In this document: one piece after another, positions 17,689-27,738 of the stretch
How the letters are laid out: each line of letters opens with the position of its first letter
Numbering within the stretch: position 1 is the stretch's first letter
Sequence record: SRR2962707_5410
Direction: 5' to 3' (one strand)
Length of the DNA: 59,474 nt
Notes under the pieces: model-generated
What the model was told of the DNA's origin: nothing
The model's database searches: none
What the model saw: the letters and a program-made list of their open reading frames with translations, nothing else
Program-made: the position numbers and the translations under genes

Positions 17689-18677
17689 GCGTCCACAATC
17701 CGCCAGCAGCTTGCTAAGTGTTCCCCATCTCCATCGGCGTCGACAGTGGGCGGTAGCTCTTTGAAACAGCGGTCATCCGCCTTCTCGCAGCGCGGTGCAA
17801 AAGGACACCCCGCAGGAAGCTCTGTCGGTGCGGGCGGCTGTCCTGTAATCGTGCGCAACCGGCCCTTGTGCCCCCGCAGCTTGGGAACAGCACCAATCAA
17901 CGCCTCGGTATACGGGTGCGCCGGTTTGGCAAAAATCCGTTCGACCGTGCCAGATTCAACGATCCGGCCAAAATACATCACCACGATCCGATGACACAAG
18001 TTGGCGACAATCCCAAAGTCATGGGTGATAAAGATAATCCCCATCCCTGTGTCGTCTTGAAGCTCTTTCAACAAGCGCAGGTATTGTGCCTGAACAGTCA
18101 CATCCAGCGAGGTGGTGGGCTCATCAGCAATGATGATTTTTGGCTCGCATGATATTGCGATCGCACCCACGACCCGCTGGCGCATCCCGCCGCTCAGCTC
18201 GCTTGGATAGTTGTCGACACGGTGTTCGGGCGCGGCCACTTTGACCTTGCGCAGCGCGTCGATAGCGCGTTCTCGCAAAGTGTTGCGCGGCCCCGGAGAA
18301 TGGAGACTCAGAGCTTCTGTGATCTGATTTCCGACGGTAAAAGCCGGGTTCAACGACGTCTGCGGGTCTTGTAAGATCATCGCGATCTCACTGCCGCGAA
18401 CTTTACGCATTTCCTTCTCGGAGAGGGTGAGCAGCTCGCGCCCTTCAAGCTTCACGCTGCCAGAACGGATATGCGCCGCATGTTTCGGTAGAAGGCGAAC
18501 CAGCGACATTGCGGTGATCGACTTTCCAGAGCCGGACTCGCCAACGATGCCAAGTGTTTCACCTGAGCGAAGTGTGAAGTTATGCCCGTTTACCGGGAAA
18601 AAGCTTCCGGCCTTAGTTGTGATTTCTACGCAAAGATCACTGACCTCGAGAAGCGGTGTGCCTTGTGAATTAGCCAT
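17685..18677 (-). CDS. Peptide/nickel-family ABC ATPase (DppD/OppD-like)
   Basis: Start MANSQG; GESGSGKS, LSGGMRQR, ADEPTT, 'GCPFAPRC'. Confidence 0.92.
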   Translation of the reverse strand: MANSQGTPLLEVSDLCVEITTKAGSFFPVNGHNFTLRSGETLGIVGESGSGKSITAMSLVRLLPKHAAHIRSGSVKLEGRELLTLSEKEMRKVRGSEIAMILQDPQTSLNPAFTVGNQITEALSLHSPGPRNTLRERAIDALRKVKVAAPEHRVDNYPSELSGGMRQRVVGAIAISCEPKIIIADEPTTSLDVTVQAQYLRLLKELQDDTGMGIIFITHDFGIVANLCHRIVVMYFGRIVESGTVERIFAKPAHPYTEALIGAVPKLRGHKGRLRTITGQPPAPTELPAGCPFAPRCEKADDRCFKELPPTVDADGDGEHLASCWRIVDA

Positions 18678-18678
18678 G

Positions 18679-19554
18679 TCAGATTTGCCTTTGCCTTGGG
18701 TCGAGTTGCACACGTAGCCAGTCACCAAGCATATTTGCGGACATAACGGTCAGCAGAATTGCCAGGCCGGGAAAGAAAGAGATCCACCAGTCCGTTGCGA
18801 TGAAATCCCGACCGTCCGAAACCAACAGGCCCCAAGTTGGCGTTGGTCTGGGAATACCAATGCCAAGGAAGCTAAGGCTTGCGTCCAACATGATGGCGAT
18901 GCCGACTTGTAACGTTGCCAAAACCACAATGGTGTTCATGACGTTGGGCAAGATGTGGCGGAACAGGATGCGCAGATGTGACGAACCTGCAACCTGAGAG
19001 CGCGCGACGAAATCACTGTTACGCAGCAAAAGAACCTCGGCACGCACCTGACGGGCGAAATAGGCCCATAGCGCAAATCCAACAACGATCACGACAGACA
19101 AAAAGCTTGCACCGATCGCAGCGGCTAGGGCCAGTGCCAAGAGCATTGCAGGCAAAGCCAGTGAAATATCCACAAGCCGCATTACCAACCCATCGAACCA
19201 ACCGCGCGCATAACCGGCAATCAACCCAAGAGTCGTCCCAACAACCACACCGACGGCGATCCCAATCAGTGAGACAGCAAGGACATACCAAGCGCCATGC
19301 AGAATCCGGCTCAGGATATCTCGGCCTAACCGGTCGGTGCCCAGCGCATATTCCCAGGTGCCGCCAAAGAATACGGGCGGCTGCAAGCGCGCGCGCAGGT
19401 TGGGGACATAAGGATCGTGCGGCGCGATGAAATCGGCAAAGAAGGCCGGAATGATGAAGACGATCAGCAATAGAATTATAGGAACAAGCGGCAAAGCGCG
19501 GGCGCGTTTCCAGAGGCTGGGTGTCGCGGGGAGTTTAGCAGAAAGCTCAGCCAT
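18679..19554 (-). CDS. ABC permease (DppC-like)
   Basis: 'LGTDRLGRDILSR', EAA-loop region 'FVARSQVAG...RHILPN', 'PTWG'. Confidence 0.9.
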   Translation of the reverse strand: MAELSAKLPATPSLWKRARALPLVPIILLLIVFIIPAFFADFIAPHDPYVPNLRARLQPPVFFGGTWEYALGTDRLGRDILSRILHGAWYVLAVSLIGIAVGVVVGTTLGLIAGYARGWFDGLVMRLVDISLALPAMLLALALAAAIGASFLSVVIVVGFALWAYFARQVRAEVLLLRNSDFVARSQVAGSSHLRILFRHILPNVMNTIVVLATLQVGIAIMLDASLSFLGIGIPRPTPTWGLLVSDGRDFIATDWWISFFPGLAILLTVMSANMLGDWLRVQLDPRQRQI

Positions 19555-20467
19555 GTCGGATCCTCGGATCAATGACGACGTAGAGCAGATCTACGACAAG
19601 ATTTGAGAGCATATAAATTACGGCGTAGGCGATGATCACAGCCTGAACGACCGGGAAATCACGACCGCGAATGGCTTCGATGGCCACCCACCCCATTCCG
19701 GGCCAGGAAAAGACCGTTTCGATCACAACCGATCCTGTCAGGATAGACGCCGCAAGGATGCCAAAATAGGTCAGCGGAACAACCGCCGCGTTTCGCAACG
19801 CGTGTTTCCAGACCACCTTTGTTTCAGAGACGCCCTTAACCCGTGCAAGCTTGATATATTCCGCATCCAGCACTTCGAGCATGGATGAGCGCGTCAGACG
19901 CGCGAGGGCGGAAATCTGAAACCAGGCGATTGCAATCGCAGGCAGAATGGCATGCGAGAAACTTCCCATGCCAGAGGTTGGAAGCCATCCGAGCCAGACA
20001 GAAAAGACCCAAATCAGAATAATCCCAAGCCAGAAACTTGGCATGGATTGTCCCAAAAGGGCAAACATCTGCGCACTGTTGTCAACGGGTGTGCCCTTAT
20101 AAACGGCTGCAGCAATACCCAATGGCAGCGCGATGACCACGCTCATCAGAATGGCAAGCCCCCCGAGTTGGAGCGTCGCTGGCATCCGGTCCAGAACAAA
20201 GCCCATGGCATCTTGGCCGGGCCATTTGAGTGAGGTGCCGAAATCACCTTGAACCGCGTTCCCGAGGAAGGTCAGATATTGTTGCCAAAGAGGTTTATCC
20301 AAACCCCATTCGCGAATGAAAGCATCAACCTGCTCTTTCGTGGCATCGTCGGGCAACAACGCGTCCACTGGATTTCCGGACAAATGCGAGAGAAAAAACA
20401 CGATGATCGAAATGATCAACAATGCAAATAAGCTAGAGGCGATCCTGCGTGCAAGATAGGTGAACAA
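19547..20467 (-). CDS. ABC permease (DppB-like)
   Basis: 'GLDKPLWQQY', 'GDFGTS', 'RSSMLEVL..EYIKLARVKG', 'HALRNA', 'ETVFSWPGMG'. Confidence 0.9.
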   Translation of the reverse strand: MFTYLARRIASSLFALLIISIIVFFLSHLSGNPVDALLPDDATKEQVDAFIREWGLDKPLWQQYLTFLGNAVQGDFGTSLKWPGQDAMGFVLDRMPATLQLGGLAILMSVVIALPLGIAAAVYKGTPVDNSAQMFALLGQSMPSFWLGIILIWVFSVWLGWLPTSGMGSFSHAILPAIAIAWFQISALARLTRSSMLEVLDAEYIKLARVKGVSETKVVWKHALRNAAVVPLTYFGILAASILTGSVVIETVFSWPGMGWVAIEAIRGRDFPVVQAVIIAYAVIYMLSNLVVDLLYVVIDPRIRHG

Positions 20468-20502
20468 TCTCGTATTCCTTGAGTTTCTTGCGCTGCTAAG
20501 AA

Positions 20503-20530
20503 TGATGGGGCCCGAGGTTCGGCCCCATCA
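20503..20530. other. Intercistronic stem-loop after the SBP gene (mRNA stabiliser/attenuator)
   Basis: TGATGGGGCC/GGCCCCATCA 10-bp stem. Confidence 0.5.
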
Positions 20531-20548
20531 CAAGAGTTTTCGACTTTG

Positions 20549-22177
20549 TTACTTCAAGTCGATCAGGTGGAAGTGGCTCAGACCTGAAGAGGTCGCACCA
20601 GGGAAGCTCCAGCCTTCAACAAGATCGCTATTCACAACAACCGAAGCCGGGACAGTCGCCATTGGCAGGTGCGCATATGTGTCAAAGATACGTGTGAACA
20701 TATTGCTCAGAAGCTCATCGCGTTTTGCCGGATCGGTTTCAGCTGCCAGTTGGCCGCCCCAATCGTTGACCTGCGGATCACCAATATCCAAATGCGGGCT
20801 TGCATGCTTGGTAAAGAAGATCTGCACACCAAGCGCACTTGGACGAACCGGAGCATTCCGCATTGGCGTAATGAAGTCAGCCGTAAAGCCGCGGATTGCC
20901 GTGTTACCTGTCGCCCAGTCCTGCTCACGCATTTCTGTTTTGATGCCAACCACGTCGAAATAGGCTTGTACCAGTTCCGCCATTTGAGCGAATTCCGGGT
21001 TCCCTGCGAGGCTCGTTACAACCAAAGGGATTTCCGCATTGTCAAAGGCATCTGGGTAGCCAGCTTCTGCCAACAGGGCCATCGCCTTTTCAGGATCATA
21101 ACCATAGGCGTCGTCGAAACGCGCGGCGACATCAGCAGAATAACCAGGGAAGCGAGGATCCATGGTGTAAACCGGCAGCGAACGAACGCCTTCGCCGTAC
21201 AACACTTCAAGAATTGCATCGCGATCCAATGCGCGGTTGGCCGCTTCACGTACACGCTGATCTGCCCAGGCATAGGTACGCGCATCGCGTGTTTCTTCCG
21301 CGTCTGGTCGCATGAACTGGCCCGTGAACAACATGGTTGTCTGCATGGCGCCTTCGCTGGAAGCCAGAACGGTTTCGCCTGCTTCGGCTGCGTCATCCTG
21401 AAGATCACGTGGCAATGTCACCGCGTGGGCTTCGCCAGCGGACAGCATGGCAAAGCGTGTCGAAGGTTCGCTCACCCAACGGAACTCAATCTCGTCAAAT
21501 TCTGGTTTAACCCCTGTCCAGTGGTCCTTGATGGTACTGAAGGTGATCGACTGACCTACTTCGCGGCCTTCATATTTGAACGGGCCAGACCCGGCAGGTG
21601 CGGCTTCCAAACCAGCCATACCTTCGGCGTCGAACTGAGCTTTACTATAGATCACCAACGAGCCGCGACCGGCGTTGGAGAAAAGAAAGTTTGGCGAGGG
21701 AGACGGTAAATCAAAGCGAACCGTATGCTCATCAACAGCCGTGATTGTGGCCGTTTTGAAAAGCTTGATCCCGCTCAACTTGGCATCATCGCCCGTGTGG
21801 ATGTTGAAACTGTGAACAACATCTGCTGATGTCACAGGACCCCAATCATCGTTGAACACCGCGTTCGGATGCAGTTTGAACGTCCACGAGGTGAAGTCCT
21901 CGTTGTGCTCCCAGCTTTCGGCCAGCTGACTGTTATCGTACTTACCTGTTGCAGGATCGTTTCCGACCAATGTCTGCATCGAGGGCAAGATGAATGCGCC
22001 AGTTGTCGTCCAGTAAAGGTTTGAATCTGCGCCAAGAGGGCTAACCGCGATTACGACTTTTTCTTGTGCTGACGCCGCATCTGCAAAACCACTTCCTGCC
22101 AAAATTGTTCCGGCAAGCAACACTGTTGCGATCATGCGCTTGGGCGCGTTTGTAAGATTTAGGTCCTTAATTAACAT
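20549..22177 (-). CDS. ABC substrate-binding protein, family 5
   Basis: Signal peptide; 'LAESWE..EDFTSWTFKL', 'VTSADVVHSF', 'GSGPFK', 'DQRVREAANRALDR'. Confidence 0.88.
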   Translation of the reverse strand: MLIKDLNLTNAPKRMIATVLLAGTILAGSGFADAASAQEKVVIAVSPLGADSNLYWTTTGAFILPSMQTLVGNDPATGKYDNSQLAESWEHNEDFTSWTFKLHPNAVFNDDWGPVTSADVVHSFNIHTGDDAKLSGIKLFKTATITAVDEHTVRFDLPSPSPNFLFSNAGRGSLVIYSKAQFDAEGMAGLEAAPAGSGPFKYEGREVGQSITFSTIKDHWTGVKPEFDEIEFRWVSEPSTRFAMLSAGEAHAVTLPRDLQDDAAEAGETVLASSEGAMQTTMLFTGQFMRPDAEETRDARTYAWADQRVREAANRALDRDAILEVLYGEGVRSLPVYTMDPRFPGYSADVAARFDDAYGYDPEKAMALLAEAGYPDAFDNAEIPLVVTSLAGNPEFAQMAELVQAYFDVVGIKTEMREQDWATGNTAIRGFTADFITPMRNAPVRPSALGVQIFFTKHASPHLDIGDPQVNDWGGQLAAETDPAKRDELLSNMFTRIFDTYAHLPMATVPASVVVNSDLVEGWSFPGATSSGLSHFHLIDLK

Positions 22178-22877
22178 GACTTTTCCCTGTTTTTAGAACT
22201 TCACATTTCGGCCTTAGCGACCCTGGTCTCGTTAATAGTTGGTGCCAGCAGTATGCGTGTCAGAGTCCAAAATCGGTAATAGCCATCTCAGTTGATGACA
22301 TTGCGATTGATTATGACGTCGCGTTCTTGCGCTTATGGAACGCACTTTCTCAAGCCCTGACGGCGGGAAGAAAATGGAGAAGTGGCTTTGATTTCGGAAT
22401 GCTTTCAAGCATGTCTTGAATGGCACTGATCGCACCACTTCTGATTGTTCACTCAAGGCGTAAATACTTGCCGACACGCAGGTGAAGCCCTCAATCCAAC
22501 TATCAAAAGGACAAAGCTTTTGTTTCGCACGCGTCTATGGCTCGCATGATTTTTCGACGAGTTCTTTAGAAATATGTTTGTTGTGACGACCACAGAAACT
22601 TATTGCTATCGCGCAAATTCGGGTAAGTAAGCTTCTGTTATCAAATGTAACAATCCTGACTTACAAAACGGCCCAGTAATTAGGCTTCCGAGTAGTTTTT
22701 GCAATTCCACCTTGCCAAGTCTATGCGCGATCTGTCTTCTGAGAACCAAGATCGGGCATTTTGTCATAACGGTTCTCCTTGTGGATTTTCGGATGCTAAC
22801 GCAAAAAATCTGCAACCGTGGGCAAAACGACCCTTCTTAAAAACCCGGCGTGGTTTCACAGGACGAGAGGGATACTT

Positions 22878-24155
22878 TTGACATCAGAACTTTCCGACAG
22901 CCTTTGGTTCGGGACCTGCAAAGAACCAATCTCTGCCCCCAAATTAATTGGTGATAACGACGTCGATCTTGTTGTGATTGGGGGCGGTTTCACCGGTTTG
23001 TCTGCTGCACTTCGGGCCAGAATTGAGGGCGCAAGTGTTTGCCTCATCGAAGCCAATCGCTTTGGGCACGGCGGTTCGGGCCGGAATGTCGGACTTGTAA
23101 ACGCCGGTTTGTGGCTGCCTCCAGAAAGAATAAATACCCAATTGGGAGAGTCCGCCGGAAATCATCTTTCTAGCGTTTTGGCCACTGCACCTGACTTGGT
23201 ATTCCGACTGATTGAAAAGCATGGGATAGTCTGTGAACCTGTTAGGAACGGTACGTTGCATTGTGCCCATGCCCCCAAAGCTATGGTCGACCTGACAGAC
23301 CGACACCGCCAATTGCATCAGCGTGGCGCGCCTGTCGAATTGATTTACCGTGACGAGGCCAAGGCGCGGGTCGGAACAGAAAAAGTACATGGTGCGTTGT
23401 TCGACCCACGCGCAGGGACGATCCAACCGTTGGCCTATGCCAAGGGACTGGCCAGAGCAGCACGTGACGCTGGCGCACAGCTATATGAATCAACCCCCGC
23501 CATATCGGTTAACAAAAACGGGCAAGATTGGCATGTGACAACCCCCAAAGGCCGGGTCGTCGCCAAGAAGTTAATCTTGGCCACCAATGGGTATACCGAA
23601 CACATTGATGGTCTAAAATCCCCCGAAACGATCCCAGTCCATTATTTCCAGGCGGCCACCGAGCCCTTATCGGCAGAACAGATCGAATCCATCCTTCCCG
23701 GTAAAGAGGGGTGCTGGGATACCGCGATGATCATGTCTTCCTGGCGCTTGGATCAAGCTGGCCGTTTGATCGTTGGCGCAATGGGAAACCTTGGCCACGC
23801 CCTTAGCAGTGCCCACACAAACTGGCTTAACCGCAAGCTGGTAGCCTTGTATCCAGCCCTGACTGGGATTGGGTTTTCTAAGACCTGGTATGGGCGCATT
23901 GCCATGACAACAGAATATTTGCCCAAGATTTTAGCGGTGGATCCGACGGCTCTGATCGCATTCGGTTACTCTGGTCGGGGGATCGGGCCGGGAACCCTTT
24001 TCGGACAACAGATGGCCTCTGCCCTTTTGGGCGGCTCGCTCTCTAACCTTCCCGTCGCACCTGTTAATCAGCATGATTTACCACTTGCAGGGTTACGACA
24101 GGCCTATTTTGAAACCGGCGCGACTTTGGTTCATCTGGCAAAAGATCGAATCTAA
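22878..24155 (+). CDS. FAD-dependent oxidoreductase (DAO/PuuB-like)
   Basis: TTG start after GAGAGG; 'VIGGGFTGLSAA', 'GGSGRNVG', 'GYSGRGIGPGT'. Confidence 0.88.
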   Translation: MTSELSDSLWFGTCKEPISAPKLIGDNDVDLVVIGGGFTGLSAALRARIEGASVCLIEANRFGHGGSGRNVGLVNAGLWLPPERINTQLGESAGNHLSSVLATAPDLVFRLIEKHGIVCEPVRNGTLHCAHAPKAMVDLTDRHRQLHQRGAPVELIYRDEAKARVGTEKVHGALFDPRAGTIQPLAYAKGLARAARDAGAQLYESTPAISVNKNGQDWHVTTPKGRVVAKKLILATNGYTEHIDGLKSPETIPVHYFQAATEPLSAEQIESILPGKEGCWDTAMIMSSWRLDQAGRLIVGAMGNLGHALSSAHTNWLNRKLVALYPALTGIGFSKTWYGRIAMTTEYLPKILAVDPTALIAFGYSGRGIGPGTLFGQQMASALLGGSLSNLPVAPVNQHDLPLAGLRQAYFETGATLVHLAKDRI

Positions 24156-24259
24156 AACAAGGGCATAGGTCGAGAGCCTTTTTTAGGCTGCCCCCCAAAA
24201 AGAAAACTCCGAACCGAATGGCACGAAGTTTCCAATAGTCGTTGACAGTGACTTTTCTG

Positions 24260-24751
24260 TTAGGTGTGGTGGCCAGCAACCATCGGGTGGTCATGGACGA
24301 GACCAACACGTTGAACGCCGTCCGGGCCATACTGGCCTTCTTCGAACACCTGCATTTCCGCCGGAAACAGGCTGCCTTGCCGGGCAGAGCTGGCAAAGAT
24401 CACCCGAGTGGTTTCCGGGGTAATTTTCACAACATTCGGATCATCCAAAGCTCCGGCAAAAACACCGACGACATTGGGCATGGCCTCGAACGTCAAATAT
24501 AAACGTGTCCCACAAGCTCCGCAAAAATTGATGGTCACCTGTTTTCCGCTCCCCTCGGATTGGTGACCATAGGTTGCCGCAGTCCCAGCCTCGACCGTCA
24601 GTGCGGTTTTCGGAAAAACCGCGTCGATCATAAAGGCAGAGCCCGTTGTCTTTTGGCAGAATTTGCAATGGCAAATCATAGTCCGTGCCGGATCTTCGGA
24701 CAAAGAAAAACGCTGAGCGCCACAAAGGCACCCCGCTGAATGCTTGGTCAT
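24260..24751 (-). CDS. GFA-family (Mss4-like) zinc protein
   Basis: 'GCLCG', 'CHCKFCQK.TGS', 'FCGACGT'. Confidence 0.85.
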   Translation of the reverse strand: MTKHSAGCLCGAQRFSLSEDPARTMICHCKFCQKTTGSAFMIDAVFPKTALTVEAGTAATYGHQSEGSGKQVTINFCGACGTRLYLTFEAMPNVVGVFAGALDDPNVVKITPETTRVIFASSARQGSLFPAEMQVFEEGQYGPDGVQRVGLVHDHPMVAGHHT

Positions 24752-24860
24752 AAGCTGTTCCTCCCATGGGCCATAGAATGGCTAGGCGCATTGTAGCGAC
24801 CTTTTTTGACCATAGGGAACTTTTTCCTGACCTGACGATTGATGAACTATAACTAACGCT

Positions 24861-24878
24861 TTAGGAAAGTTTTCCTAA
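24861..24878. promoter_or_regulatory. Inverted repeat operator upstream of the GcvA-like LysR
   Basis: TTAGGAAA-gt-TTTCCTAA. Confidence 0.4.
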
Positions 24879-24901
24879 GCAATGGAAAAGGTATCTTCAG
24901 A

Positions 24902-25906
24902 TTGGCGCGCGAACCCAGCCTAAACGCCTATCTCTATTTTGAAGCCGTCGCCCGGCGCGGGACCGTCACTTTGGCGGCCGAGGAATTGTTGGTATCCCCT
25001 TCGGCGGTTAGCCAGCAGATCAAATCATTGGAACAACAATTGGGTGTCCGATTGTTCCGCCGGGATGGCCGCGTTCTGAGCTTGACCCTCGAAGGAGAAC
25101 AACTGTTTCAGGCGTCTGCAACGGCGCTGCGTATGCTGCGTGATGCCCGGCGCAACTTGGGAAAATCGCATGAGGCACGCCGATTGAACCTGCGTGTATC
25201 GCCCAGTTTTGGGGTACGTTGGTTGGGGCCAAGGCTGTCGGACTTTGTGCACCAGCACCCTGATTGGGACTTGAGAATCGATGCCGCACCGGACCCAACG
25301 GATTTTGATCGCGAGATCATGGATTTTGATGTCCGTTACGGTTTTGGCACTTGGACAAGCCTGCATTGTACGCCGATCCTGTCTGATCACGTGCTGCCCT
25401 TATGTAGCCCGGCCTACAGAGAGAGCCTTATGGCTTGTGGTGATCCCGTGGAACAACTTCAAAAGGCCCGCCTGATTGATAGCGCGCGCGCCATGTGCCA
25501 ATGGGATGTATGGCTTATGCGGAACGGGATTAAGGCCATATCAAACCGGAAAAGCATCCTGATGGACCGGTCTTCTATGGCTTTGCAAATGGCACTGGAC
25601 GGAACAGGGATTGTCCTAGAATCGTTGGCATTGGCGGCGCCCGAGGTCGAAGCCGGGAAACTGGTCCCGTTCATGCCCGACCGCCCCGTTGTCACCTTTC
25701 CCGCTTATTGGCTCGTGTGTCCATCACGCTATCTAAACAGGCGCGCAGTACGCCTATTCTTGACGTGGATTCAGTCTCAAGCGACCAGCCACGATGAGCT
25801 GGTCGCTCAAATTTTGCGAAAACATGGGCTTTCGAAGGACCTGATTGATGCCGAAGAAGAATTCGCACAGGGCAAGATCAATACCCGTGGAGGCGATCGT
25901 TTGTAA
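24902..25906 (+). CDS. LysR-family regulator, GcvA-like
   Basis: 'PSLNAYLYFEAVARRG...AAEELLVSPSAVSQQIKSLE', 'PSFGVRWLGPRL'. Confidence 0.9.
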   Translation: MAREPSLNAYLYFEAVARRGTVTLAAEELLVSPSAVSQQIKSLEQQLGVRLFRRDGRVLSLTLEGEQLFQASATALRMLRDARRNLGKSHEARRLNLRVSPSFGVRWLGPRLSDFVHQHPDWDLRIDAAPDPTDFDREIMDFDVRYGFGTWTSLHCTPILSDHVLPLCSPAYRESLMACGDPVEQLQKARLIDSARAMCQWDVWLMRNGIKAISNRKSILMDRSSMALQMALDGTGIVLESLALAAPEVEAGKLVPFMPDRPVVTFPAYWLVCPSRYLNRRAVRLFLTWIQSQATSHDELVAQILRKHGLSKDLIDAEEEFAQGKINTRGGDRL

Positions 25907-25924
25907 TACGGTGCAGTCTTGCTG

Positions 25925-26677
25925 CTAGTGGATCAAAGCCCCCCCATTCACGTCGACTTCGGATCCAGTGACATAGGCTGACAGGTCGGATGCAAGAAAC
26001 AGAGCACAACCTGCAACATCACTCGCTTCGCCTGCACGTCCCAAGGGAATACCAGCCAGAATCTCGACCTTCATGTCAGGTGTTAATTTGCCCGCCGTTA
26101 TGTCGGTTGCGATAAAGCCCGGGCAAATCGCATTCGAACGAATGCCATCGGGGGCTAATTCACGCGCCATCGCCTTGGTCAGACCTAAGATGCCTGCCTT
26201 AGCCGCCGAGTAATGAGGGCCTCCAAAGATTCCCCCACCTCGTTGTGCAGACACAGAGGACATATTCACCAGCTTGCCCGTCTTGCGACCCCGCATATGC
26301 GGAATAACGGCCTGGCTCATATTCAAAGTCCCAAGCAGATTTACATCCATCACCGCATTGTAGTTTTCTTGACTGATGTCCATGATTTTCAACGGCTGCG
26401 TAATCCCCGCGTTATTGACTAGAATATCAACTTGGCTAAAGGCCTCTAGGATCTGTGCCATCGCAGCGTCGCAATCTGCTTTGACCGTCACATCACACGC
26501 CAAGCCAATATGCGCAGCACCCAAATCTGCTGCGGCATCTGCGGCCTGACCTGCATCCAAATCAAGAATTGCGATGCGGGCGCCATGTTCAGCAAAGAGC
26601 TGCGCCGTCGCCTTCCCCAACCCTCGTGGGCTAGCCGCCCCAGTGATAATCGCAACTTTTCCCTCAAGCAATTTCAT
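25925..26677 (-). CDS. SDR oxidoreductase associated with split transketolase
   Basis: Start MKLLEGK; TGAASPRGLG, NNAG, 'GGGIFGGPHYSAAK'. Confidence 0.88.
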   Translation of the reverse strand: MKLLEGKVAIITGAASPRGLGKATAQLFAEHGARIAILDLDAGQAADAAADLGAAHIGLACDVTVKADCDAAMAQILEAFSQVDILVNNAGITQPLKIMDISQENYNAVMDVNLLGTLNMSQAVIPHMRGRKTGKLVNMSSVSAQRGGGIFGGPHYSAAKAGILGLTKAMARELAPDGIRSNAICPGFIATDITAGKLTPDMKVEILAGIPLGRAGEASDVAGCALFLASDLSAYVTGSEVDVNGGALIH

Positions 26678-26691
26678 CTGTTGCGTCTCCC

Positions 26692-27738
26692 TTAAATCCA
26701 AGACCTGATACTTGCCGTGATCGCATCAACAGATATGCCATATTGATCGTGTAATGTCGGCAAAGCGCCGGCATCCAAAAACTCATCAGGTAAGGCGATC
26801 TGTTTGAACGGGACATGGACACCTTCGCGCATCAGCGCACCAGCGACAGCCTCACCCAATCCACCAACAATTGAATGATTTTCAGCAGTGACAACCAACC
26901 GACCGCTTTTGGCCGCCTCTGCCTTGATCGTTGCAATATCCAACGGCTTGATTGTCGGACAATGAAGCACGGCGCAATCGACTCCGTCCTTTTGCAGGCG
27001 CGCAGCTGCATCCAAAACGCGCATGGTCATGAACCCAGACGAAATGAACAAAACGTCCCGACCATCGCGGATCGTTTTGGCTTTGCCCAACTCAAACTGG
27101 TAGCCATATTCGCCCAAAACATCTGGGACTTTGCCGCGCAGCAAGCGCATGTAGACAGGTCCGGGGTGATCCGCGATGGCATGCGTGGCCTGAGAAATTT
27201 CGGTGGCGTCACAAGGATCTACAATCGTTAGATTCGGCATGCCCCGGAAAATCGCAATATCTTCTGTGGCTTGATGGCTGGGCCCGTAACCGGTGGTTAA
27301 ACCTGGCAAGGCACAGACGATTTTGACCGGTAAGTTCTCCTCTGCGACCGCCATAAAGATAAAGTCATAAGCCCGGCGCGATGCGAATACGGCATAGGTC
27401 GTGGCAAAAGGAGTGAAGCCTTCTCGGGCCAGCCCGGCCGCTGCGGATATCAACAATTGTTCCGCCATGCCCATTTGGTAGAAACGGTCCGGGTATTTGT
27501 TCGCGAAAACATGAAGATCCGTGTATTTTGACAGATCAGCCGTAAGCCCCACGATATCGTCTCGGGTTTTCGCGAGCTCACATAGGGCTTCGCCAAAGGG
27601 CGCGGCGACCGTCTGACGGCCCTCGGAATCCAAAGACGCGATCATGGCAGAGGTGCGCAAAGGCTCCCCAGTTTCGGACACAGGCACGGTGCGGGGTGCA
27701 AATTTGGATTTGCGGCGGGACAGAGATCCAATCGTCAT
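26692..27738 (-). CDS. Transketolase C-terminal (pyrimidine-binding) subunit
   Basis: 'LTADL', 'MGMAEQ', 'GPSHQATED', 'GPVYMRL', 'ENHSIVGGLG'. Confidence 0.9.
   Translation of the reverse strand: MTIGSLSRRKSKFAPRTVPVSETGEPLRTSAMIASLDSEGRQTVAAPFGEALCELAKTRDDIVGLTADLSKYTDLHVFANKYPDRFYQMGMAEQLLISAAAGLAREGFTPFATTYAVFASRRAYDFIFMAVAEENLPVKIVCALPGLTTGYGPSHQATEDIAIFRGMPNLTIVDPCDATEISQATHAIADHPGPVYMRLLRGKVPDVLGEYGYQFELGKAKTIRDGRDVLFISSGFMTMRVLDAAARLQKDGVDCAVLHCPTIKPLDIATIKAEAAKSGRLVVTAENHSIVGGLGEAVAGALMREGVHVPFKQIALPDEFLDAGALPTLHDQYGISVDAITASIRSWI

Noticed and set aside
20669-21709. 346-aa + strand ORF
   Set aside because: Lies wholly antisense to the SBP gene with no recognisable motifs; typical shadow ORF. 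The same applies to 605-1201, 3077-3790, 8766-9356, 31217-31873 and 48160-48987.
22232-22477. 81-aa ORF in the long intergenic gap
   Set aside because: No RBS, atypical composition and no recognisable family
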